Source of the DNA: Chamaesiphon sp.
GTDB taxonomy: Bacteria > Cyanobacteriota > Cyanobacteriia > Cyanobacteriales > Chamaesiphonaceae
Assembly (NCBI GenBank): GCA_965246715.1
Contig: CBDFFH010000051.1
Coordinates: forward strand, 1-64,000
Direction of reading: 5' to 3'
Length of the DNA stretch: 64,000 nucleotides
Positions within the stretch are counted from its first letter, which is position 1. Every line of letters begins with the position of its first letter. Below the pieces are notes generated by a model. That model was not told the origin of the DNA. It made no database searches and was given only the letters and a program-made list of their open reading frames with translations. This document shows, piece by piece, positions 8,810 to 16,414 of this stretch. Position numbers and translations under genes: made by a program.

Positions 8810-10129
8810 TTAAATATTTTTAAATATAGATAGCTGTTTGTTCTTCCTTCGTCTAATAAAATCTCCATTTTGTAAATTCAAACCCGTAAACAATTTATCT
8901 TTCCTAATTATTTCAACTTCATGATCTTGCTGGCACTGATGAATGTACTTCATATACATTTTTGAACTAGCTGGATTAAGTTCCATTGTTTTTTGCTTAA
9001 TACTTGCAAATGTGATTCCATCTGATGAACCATCTAAAATCAAACTACCAACTTGGCTTTCTAATTTTTCCATGATTGAAGATTCAAAACTGTTTGCATC
9101 ATTTGTATTAAGCTGAATAGCATTATAGTTCTCATTGTAAAAATCTAGTGTTCTATGACCATAACCATAGATCTCATAATGATATTGACAGTCTAAGTTA
9201 TTAGTTGATTGAAAGCATTCTTTAATAACTTCTAATGCTTTGATATTCCTCGACATATGTACTAAATAATACATAACAATGGTTTGTCCCTTTGGTATGA
9301 GCGAGAATGTAAATATTAATGGATTTTGATTACTTCTCTGCTCGAAACCTTTATCTCTAAAAAGACGTAATGTTTCATCCTTTAAGTAGCACTGCTGTCC
9401 AACGGATGTATTTTCTAAATCTGCTCGTGTATAATAATCCTGTGCTTCTAGTATTTTATTGAAAGAATTAGACAAGCTACCATTACGTTCACTTAAAAAT
9501 CTCCTGATAAAATCAATCATATAAGTATAAATTACTTCCGATTTAGGAAGATCGTGTATCTTTCTAAATGTTGACATTGATACGTCTGTATATCCAAATG
9601 GATCTAGAAAGAATAACGAATGTCCCTTGCGAATATCTAACTTGATGAATACAGAATTAATAACATTTTCAAACTCTCCACATATGAATTCACATTGTTC
9701 TATTAACTGTCCATGTTCTTGATTTTTATAAATATGCTTTTCTGTGTCTACTAGCTCACCTAGTTCAAAACAAAGCATTGCAGACTTTTTCAAAAAATTA
9801 ATATGATCTTGACTACTGTCGATGAAAATACATTGTACATCTAATGGCTGGGAATATTTTCGTTTTGATTTTTGAAATCCTCTTCTAACTGCTTCAATAA
9901 TTCTAATTGGCGATCCAGGTAAGAACCTATTTTGTTCATCTCTATATTGTCCGCCACCACAAAAGCCATCTACCAATGTAAATGATTTAATACCATACTG
10001 AGTTTTCCCATGCATGACATATATTAAATTCTCAATATATTGCTCTAGAATTAAATGTTTTATTTTAGTATGTGGCTCAATACTAGGAATTTCTTCATCT
10101 TCAAAATTCCATTTTGCTTTATTACTCAT
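8810..10129 (-). CDS. tcmP: Three-Cys-motif partner protein (TcmP-like, methyltransferase fold)
   Basis: EPHTKIKHLILEQY, VDGFCGGGQY, GSPI, FFLDPFGY; 9 bp upstream of the radical SAM gene. Confidence 0.8.
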   Translation of the reverse strand: MSNKAKWNFEDEEIPSIEPHTKIKHLILEQYIENLIYVMHGKTQYGIKSFTLVDGFCGGGQYRDEQNRFLPGSPIRIIEAVRRGFQKSKRKYSQPLDVQCIFIDSSQDHINFLKKSAMLCFELGELVDTEKHIYKNQEHGQLIEQCEFICGEFENVINSVFIKLDIRKGHSLFFLDPFGYTDVSMSTFRKIHDLPKSEVIYTYMIDFIRRFLSERNGSLSNSFNKILEAQDYYTRADLENTSVGQQCYLKDETLRLFRDKGFEQRSNQNPLIFTFSLIPKGQTIVMYYLVHMSRNIKALEVIKECFQSTNNLDCQYHYEIYGYGHRTLDFYNENYNAIQLNTNDANSFESSIMEKLESQVGSLILDGSSDGITFASIKQKTMELNPASSKMYMKYIHQCQQDHEVEIIRKDKLFTGLNLQNGDFIRRRKNKQLSIFKNI

Positions 10130-10152
10130 TGTTTAGACTCAACTCACTATTA

Positions 10153-10187
10153 TATAGGTTGCAAAATATGTCTTTTTGCAACCTATA
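10153..10187. terminator. Hairpin downstream of acnB copy 3
   Basis: tataggttgcaaaa-tatgtct-ttttgcaacctata perfect stem. Confidence 0.55.
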
Positions 10188-10322
10188 GTTCATTTTAACT
10201 AACTATTTAGACTTCGGCTAGCTTTCTGACTTCATCCACCGAGACAGTTCGACCCTCATCTTCAAAACCAAAAATCTGGTCGAAATTGAGATAACGATAC
10301 AGATCTCCGGCAAATGGATTAA

Positions 10323-11552
10323 CTCACATCTTGCACCAGAATATAAGTACTAGATTTAGATCGAGACTAATTCCAAGGCAAGACCCTGCGAGAGCAGAAA
10401 GTCTCGCTTCCGATCGATTTCTACTAAAAGTAAACTCACTGCGATCTGTGGCATTAACTGTTGAAGTGCCAGCTCAGATTCCTGTCTCCACTCAGGCGGA
10501 AGGCTTACGTTTGAGGATAAATAGACCCAGTGGGTGAGTACAAAACTAATAAAGCTCAGAAGCAGCCAACGGTATACACCTAAAAGTGTTTGTTGACCGA
10601 AGCTAGCCAGCCCAAATCGATATTTAGCAGTCTTGAAAAATCCTTCAATTGCCCATCGACGACTGCCCCACCAAGCAATCGTACTGCCTTTAAGAGCGCG
10701 GGTCGAAATCACAAATCTTTTCTCCAACTTACCATCCCGTTTTAAGTAGAACCAGGAAGCCGTAACCACGCCCTCTAAACCTGATAGCTTAACTTGTTGA
10801 CCCTTCTTGCCTAGCATCTTCATCTGTCTCCCATCTGCCAGTTTCCGGTTATTCGGTATACCAACAATTGCTTGATGACGAAGTTTTTTGACCCCGTTGA
10901 GGAATTCGACACTACTAAATCCAGTATCGGCTAATACTTGGACTCGAAAGCGGTAAGTGAGTTTCTTGGGCAAGGTGCGGAGCAATTTTAGCCCCAATTG
11001 AGCAGGAGTAGTTGTGCCTTTACCACGCCAGGAACGGAACGCCCAAGGTATTCTCCACTGTCCAACGACTAAGTACAGTACAACCAAATGCAGTCCTCGC
11101 TTACCGTTGAGAATATGTATCAACGTTGCAAATGCTTTGAATTTCCCCCTTTTCTCCAATGTAGTCAGATCGATAATTACCTGCAAGTAAGGTCTTTGTC
11201 CTTTGGCTGTGTAATTACTCAACTGTTTCAAAATATGTTGGCGAGTCGTACGAATCACGGCTCTGGTTGGCCACCCATATTCATTGAAAAATCTGCTCAA
11301 AGCCGCAGGTGATTTAATCACCCCATGTTCTGGTAACATTTGACCATTCTTAGGTTCCATAAATAGAGCGAAACTAGCTTGGAGACTAAGTTTCTGATAG
11401 GGACTGGGCATCAGCTCTAACAACGTGTAGAGTATTAATTGGGCGTACGGGAGAATGGTATTCACTGTTCTCATCAATGTTTTTACACGCCCTTTTTCTC
11501 ATATTTTGACTCCTGCGAAAATCAGTTGTTATGTACTGGTGCAAGATGTGAG
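10323..11552 (-). mobile_element. IS701-like insertion sequence (1230 bp)
   Basis: Perfect 17-bp TIRs ctcacatcttgcaccag / ctggtgcaagatgtgag; TSD ttaa at 10319-10322 and 11553-11556. Confidence 0.9.
10356..11477 (-). CDS. DDE transposase (IS701/IS4-superfamily-like)
   Basis: VIIDLTTLEK, VLADTGF, RRWAIEGFFKTAK. Confidence 0.9.
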   Translation of the reverse strand: MMRTVNTILPYAQLILYTLLELMPSPYQKLSLQASFALFMEPKNGQMLPEHGVIKSPAALSRFFNEYGWPTRAVIRTTRQHILKQLSNYTAKGQRPYLQVIIDLTTLEKRGKFKAFATLIHILNGKRGLHLVVLYLVVGQWRIPWAFRSWRGKGTTTPAQLGLKLLRTLPKKLTYRFRVQVLADTGFSSVEFLNGVKKLRHQAIVGIPNNRKLADGRQMKMLGKKGQQVKLSGLEGVVTASWFYLKRDGKLEKRFVISTRALKGSTIAWWGSRRWAIEGFFKTAKYRFGLASFGQQTLLGVYRWLLLSFISFVLTHWVYLSSNVSLPPEWRQESELALQQLMPQIAVSLLLVEIDRKRDFLLSQGLALELVSI

Positions 11553-12556
11553 TTAATCTTCTTGCTCATCAAATCCAGATATTCCGGTACCGTCGGAATC
11601 CGCCCCAACAGCGAACAAACTGCCGCTAACTCTGCCGAACCGAGATAGACTTGGGCACCTTTACCCATCCGGTTATTGAAATTGCGGGTGGATGTCGAGA
11701 ATACCGTGGCATTATCGGCAGTGCGGGCTTGATTGCCCATACAGAGACTGCATCCAGGCATTTCTGTCCGTGCGCCAGCGGCATCGAAGATCGCGTACAT
11801 CCCTTCGGCTTTGAGTTGGGATTCGTCCATGCGGGTGGGGGGACAAATCCACAACTGGGTGGTGACTGCGGGTTCGCCTTCTAATACTTTGGCGGTGGCA
11901 CGGTAGTGTCCGATATTTGTCATGCAGGAGCCGACGAAGACTTCATCGATTTTGGCTCCGGCGACTTCGCTCAGGAGTTTGATGTTGTCGGGGTCGTTGG
12001 GGGCGGCGACGATCGGTTCGGTAATTGTATTAAGATCGATCTCGATAATTTCGGCGTATTCGGCATCGGCATCGGCGGACATTAAGACTGGATTAGCGAG
12101 CCAAGCTTCCATCTGGGCGACGCGGCGCAGCATGGTACGGGCATCGGTATAACCGCGTGCGACCATATTTTTGAGTAGGGCGACGTTGGAGCGGATATAT
12201 TCGGTGACGGTGGCTGCGCTGAGTTTAATTGTCGAGCCAGCGCAGGAACGTTCGGCGGTAGCGTCGGTGAGTTCAAAGGCTTGTTCGACTTTGAGATCTG
12301 GTAAGCCTTCGATTTCCATAATCCGCCCTGAGAAGACGTTGAGTTTGTTTTGTTTGTCGTTGGTGAGTAAGCCTTTTTGCATGGCGACGTAGGGAATCGC
12401 ATTGACGACATCGCGGAGAGTGACTCCGGGCTGGAGTTCACCTGTGAAACGGACTAATACGGATTCGGGCATATCTAAGGGCATTACTATGGATGTCAAC
12501 TCGATCGCCCGAACATGATAGAATTTTGCATCATGCTAACGTGGTGATGCAAAATT

Positions 12557-13129
12557 CTAGAGAGAGTAGCGATCGGAGATCGCTCTATAGAGCCTGTCTG
12601 CAAATTTATTGCATCTATTTATTCTTAATTTATCAAGAATTTGTAATGGCGATATTGACGTTTTCTTTAGATTACGAGATTGCTCTTCTAGAACATTTAT
12701 TAATGCTTCATCGCCGCAATCATCGCAAAGAGCTAACAAAAAATCATCTGGATGCAACACCGAAAGATTATAATCTTGATAAGATCTGACCGGAAAGTCT
12801 TTGAGATTGTATGTGACTAGATAATCTACGCCAGCAACAATAGCAGCAGCCAACACATGGCGATCTTTAGGGTCGTTGGTCATGGACTCGATTAAATTTA
12901 AAGGTGCATCGATAAAGCTTTGAGGGAACGCTTTTCTGACTTGTTGCTGAAAGTGGTCTTCTCTTTCTGGAGTAGATAACTGTTTCTTAATGCGATTGTG
13001 GCTGACTTCATCTAAAATCTCCTCGGAAAGATAAAGTTGAAAAACTCCTTGAAATGCAGCAGTAAACAAAGTATCTTTAATTGGCATTCCAAAGATAGCA
13101 CAGGCATCGAGCAAAGCTTTTTTGGTCAT
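12557..13129 (-). CDS. PIN-domain protein (VapC45-like)
   Basis: ALLDACAIF...SEEILDEV...NDPKDRHVLAAA...LVTYNLKDFP...HPDDFL. Confidence 0.85.
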   Translation of the reverse strand: MTKKALLDACAIFGMPIKDTLFTAAFQGVFQLYLSEEILDEVSHNRIKKQLSTPEREDHFQQQVRKAFPQSFIDAPLNLIESMTNDPKDRHVLAAAIVAGVDYLVTYNLKDFPVRSYQDYNLSVLHPDDFLLALCDDCGDEALINVLEEQSRNLKKTSISPLQILDKLRINRCNKFADRLYRAISDRYSL

Positions 13130-13443
13130 TCATCTATGCTCGCCATCACCGATCGAATATAGTTATCTTCATATCCCCCCTCCTCTTCTGTCATTGCAAT
13201 AATTTCTCGCAGACTTTCAGCACGAATTTTATCTTGCGGCTGTAGAGATTCGCCCGATAAGTTGCGCTCTTGGCTAACTACCGAAATTGATTCTCCAGCT
13301 AAGATTGCTCTAACTATTATTTGCAGTCTGCGATTGACTTCGGAGGGCGATCGATCGAGGTATTCTAATAGCTGCGATAGCTCGACGCGATCGCTTTCAC
13401 TCTGTGGTGGATGGATCGAAATGGGATAGGAAATGTTGGTCAT
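13126..13443 (-). CDS. Putative partner/antitoxin of the PIN protein
   Basis: 4-bp overlap with the PIN gene; resembles excisionase-family partners but with no evident HTH. Confidence 0.5.
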   Translation of the reverse strand: MTNISYPISIHPPQSESDRVELSQLLEYLDRSPSEVNRRLQIIVRAILAGESISVVSQERNLSGESLQPQDKIRAESLREIIAMTEEEGGYEDNYIRSVMASIDE

Positions 13444-13514
13444 ATCAGATCTAAAGCTTGTTTAGTCCTCTCTGTAGTCCCATTATACCAATACGGGTGA
13501 ATCGATCGTCCGGC

Positions 13515-13630
13515 AAGAGCCAGTCGAGGTGACTATATTTGCCGCCATACCAGCCAAATGCGATCGCCTAGCGGTGCGCTTCTCTACGAGACGCTTTGCG
13601 AACGCGATCGATTTTCCCATAGTCTCTAGT
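13515..13630 (-). pseudogene. Remnant of the 5' end of the Dam-family MTase with a 44-bp insert
   Basis: Matches 7122-7193 (aagagccagtcgaggtg...ccgccataccagccaaatgcgatcg...attttcccatagtc). Confidence 0.85.
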
Positions 13631-13734
13631 TGAATCTCACCGATCGAATATATTAAAATAGTCATAGCTGTAGATCGAGACAGTAAGAATACCCGTCGGA
13701 CTGCTAAATCAGATCCCTACTTGGCAGGATAACC

Positions 13735-14901
13735 ATGCGAATCGAAAAACTTTCTTACCATAACCATGTTACAGGTTGGCAACTAGCACCCGTGGAATTT
13801 GGCTCTGTGAATCTACTGGTAGGTGTTTCTGGTGTAGGAAAGACTAGGATTTTAGAAGTTATTCGATCGCTTAAACAGATTGTATTTGAAACTCCTTGGC
13901 GTAATCAATCGCTGAATGGAGTTGAATGGGATATTACGTTCTTTACTACTCCTGACTTAAATTACCAATGGAGGGGTAAATTCAAAATCATCAATAATTA
14001 CAAACGTATTGTTGACGAATCTGTCGAAAATAAATATTTGCAAATTGAACAAAATGAGCTTACTTTAGACGTAGAAGAGCTGTATCTAAATGGTTGCTGC
14101 ATTACTAGTAGAAATGATGGGATCATAAAATTTGAAGAGCAAACAATGCCAAAGCTTTCACCATCAGAAAGCTTAATTACAATATTTCAATCCGAAGACA
14201 AAATTATTCCAATAATCAATGGTCTACGTCTAATTATTGATAGTCAGACTCAACAACGTCAAAAAAGATCATTAGGTAGTTCTATCCTCAACAAAAAAAC
14301 CGAGGAATTATCACTTTCAATCATTGGAAATGCAAATAGTACTTTAGCCGATAGATTACGGTTACTAAAAATTAACTATCGAGAGGTATTCGACAAAATT
14401 AAAGCTGATTTTATTGAAATCTTTCCCCAAGTTGAAAATTTTAGAATATCAACACAACAGCTAAGATATCAATTAACAAACAAACCACTACCTGTTTTTT
14501 CTCTAGAACTAAAGGAGATAGGGGTAGATCGATGGATTACTCAATCAAATCTCTCGATGGGAATGTTGAAAACGCTTGCTCACATCACAGAGATATATTT
14601 ATTAGCCGAGGGTAGTATTCTGCTAATTGACGAGTTTGAGAATAGCTTAGGTGTTAATTGTATTGACGTGGTAACAGAATTGTTGAATGAGCGGAAAGAT
14701 ATTCAATTTATTTTTACTAGTCATCATCCCTATATTGTTAATAAAATTCCGATGCAACATTGGAAAATAATTACTAGAAAGGGAAGTTTTGTAACGGCTA
14801 CAAATGCAACTGATTATGAGGAGTTGTCAGGCTCTAGACACAAAGTATTTACTCAACTGCTCAATCTGCCAGCTTATACTGAGGGAATTCAGGTAGGATG
14901 A
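13735..14901 (+). CDS. ABC-type (AAA_15/AAA_21-like) ATPase
   Basis: Walker A GVSGVGKT, signature-like LSMGM, Walker B ILLIDEFENSL, FTSHHPY. Confidence 0.85.
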   Translation: MRIEKLSYHNHVTGWQLAPVEFGSVNLLVGVSGVGKTRILEVIRSLKQIVFETPWRNQSLNGVEWDITFFTTPDLNYQWRGKFKIINNYKRIVDESVENKYLQIEQNELTLDVEELYLNGCCITSRNDGIIKFEEQTMPKLSPSESLITIFQSEDKIIPIINGLRLIIDSQTQQRQKRSLGSSILNKKTEELSLSIIGNANSTLADRLRLLKINYREVFDKIKADFIEIFPQVENFRISTQQLRYQLTNKPLPVFSLELKEIGVDRWITQSNLSMGMLKTLAHITEIYLLAEGSILLIDEFENSLGVNCIDVVTELLNERKDIQFIFTSHHPYIVNKIPMQHWKIITRKGSFVTATNATDYEELSGSRHKVFTQLLNLPAYTEGIQVG

Positions 14902-15584
14902 ATTTGTATTTTATAGTTGAGGGCAAAACAGAGCAAAAAGTATATCCATCCTGGCTGAGTTATTTATTGCCAGAATTGCAACGGGTAAAAAATCCTGGTA
15001 AAGTTCAAGCTAACAATTATTATTTAATCACTGCTGGTGGTTATCCAGCTATTTATGAGATATTAGAGCCAGCTATTGAAGAGATTAATGATATTCAAAG
15101 GTATGACTACCTTATTATTTGCCTAGATGCCGAGGAAAATAGCGTTGAGGATATGCAGCAGGAAGTTCGAGATAAAATTCAGGAGCTTTCGATTAGCAAA
15201 GAACTCTCTTTGAAAAATACACAATTAAAGATAGTTATCCAAAATAGGTGTATGGAGACTTGGTTTCTGGGTAATAGCAAAATATATTCTCGTCAACCTC
15301 AATCGCAGCTATTATTGGAGTACACTCGCTACTATAATGTCTCTGATAACTGTCCAGAATCAATGGGTAAACATGACTACGGTGTTCATGCTCACTTTCA
15401 CGAGGCTTATTTAAAGGAATTATTTGCGGCTAAGAATATGCAGTATTCTAAAACTAAGCCTAGAGATGTTCAGGAAGATTACTACTTAAAAGAGTTACAA
15501 AATAGGGCTGAGAGACAAGCCGAACATTTGCCTACTCTTCAAGATTTTATCGAGTTTTGCGGTTTGATTCGATCGCAGTTATAA
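14898..15584 (+). CDS. TOPRIM-like (DUF4276/RloB-like) partner of the ATPase
   Basis: MNLYFIVEGKTE, IICLDAE, CMETWFLG; 4-bp overlap with the ATPase. Confidence 0.65.
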   Translation: MNLYFIVEGKTEQKVYPSWLSYLLPELQRVKNPGKVQANNYYLITAGGYPAIYEILEPAIEEINDIQRYDYLIICLDAEENSVEDMQQEVRDKIQELSISKELSLKNTQLKIVIQNRCMETWFLGNSKIYSRQPQSQLLLEYTRYYNVSDNCPESMGKHDYGVHAHFHEAYLKELFAAKNMQYSKTKPRDVQEDYYLKELQNRAERQAEHLPTLQDFIEFCGLIRSQL

Positions 15585-15944
15585 GATCGATCTCAATTCT
15601 CTAACTCCTTTACCTCGATTACAGTCAAAACACAAAGTTTGTAAATTATTAATCTCATTACTTCCTCCGCGTGAGAATGGAAGAATGTGGTCAATTTCTA
15701 AAGTAACTTCCTTAGAATTACGTCCACAAAATATGCACTTATAGCCATCACGACTTAAAACATCAACACGGACAGCCAAAGGGATATAGCGTGAGGGCTT
15801 TTCTGTTGATGTCGTTAGAGTTTTTGATTGAGATATTTTAGTTGCTTTAAAAGCTTTAGATGTTTTGTGATTTACTTCATTAATTCTATCTCGAAGCCAT
15901 CCCCGCACTAATTTTTGCAGTGAATTAGGTTGATTGCTAGGCAT
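15579..15944 (-). CDS. HNH endonuclease
   Basis: RDGYKCIFCG...EIDHILPFSRGGSN...NLQTLCFDCNRGK. Confidence 0.9.
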   Translation of the reverse strand: MPSNQPNSLQKLVRGWLRDRINEVNHKTSKAFKATKISQSKTLTTSTEKPSRYIPLAVRVDVLSRDGYKCIFCGRNSKEVTLEIDHILPFSRGGSNEINNLQTLCFDCNRGKGVRELRSIL

Positions 15945-15978
15945 AAAAATGTTTATAAAAAATAGAATATTTATACTA

Positions 15979-16003
15979 AAATCTCCCTTTTAAAGGGAGA
16001 TTT
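15979..16003. terminator. Hairpin, possible terminator
   Basis: aaatctccctt-tta-aagggagattt stem. Confidence 0.5.
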
Positions 16004-16060
16004 AGCAGAACCCAAAAACTAAAAATGTATCAATTTTAAGATATCAGAAATATCCTCTAT

Positions 16061-16285
16061 TTACTTGAACAATTTGCTTAAACCGTAACCAGCTAATCCG
16101 ATGACTGCCCCAGCAGCAGCAAGGGGAGCCATACCAATCGCTACAGCCGTACCACCTACTGCTAATCCCATTCCACCAACTACAGTAGAGACTCCAGCAC
16201 CAGCAGCGGCTCCACCCGCTGCGGCAAGGATGGCTGCGGCTCTTTCTTGGTCAGCTTCTTTTTCGCTATCTTTCATGGTGTACAC
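16061..16285 (-). CDS. Small Gly/Ala-rich (glycine-zipper-like) membrane protein
   Basis: GGAAAGAGVSTVVGGMGLAVGGTAVAIG...GAVIGLAGYG. Confidence 0.6.
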   Translation of the reverse strand: MYTMKDSEKEADQERAAAILAAAGGAAAGAGVSTVVGGMGLAVGGTAVAIGMAPLAAAGAVIGLAGYGLSKLFK

Positions 16286-16414
16286 TCACAATTTGAACTA
16301 GGATATAGTGCAGTATAAAATAGTACAAGCTTTTCGTGCTTCAGCCTAATTACGCAAATCTAGTCAGTATGAGCAGAGAGGGCGGAAACTCTACTCTAAT
16401 TAACTTTTATCCCT

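Larger units (their letters stand above)
10207..12484 (-). pseudogene. acnB: Partial acnB copy 3 (3' 1044 bp), interrupted by an IS701-like element
   Basis: 10207-10322 plus 11557-12484 is collinear with 16415-17458; starts at MPLDMPES. Confidence 0.95.

Noticed and set aside
12493..12789. 98-aa plus-strand ORF
   Set aside because: Antisense to a clear PIN gene.
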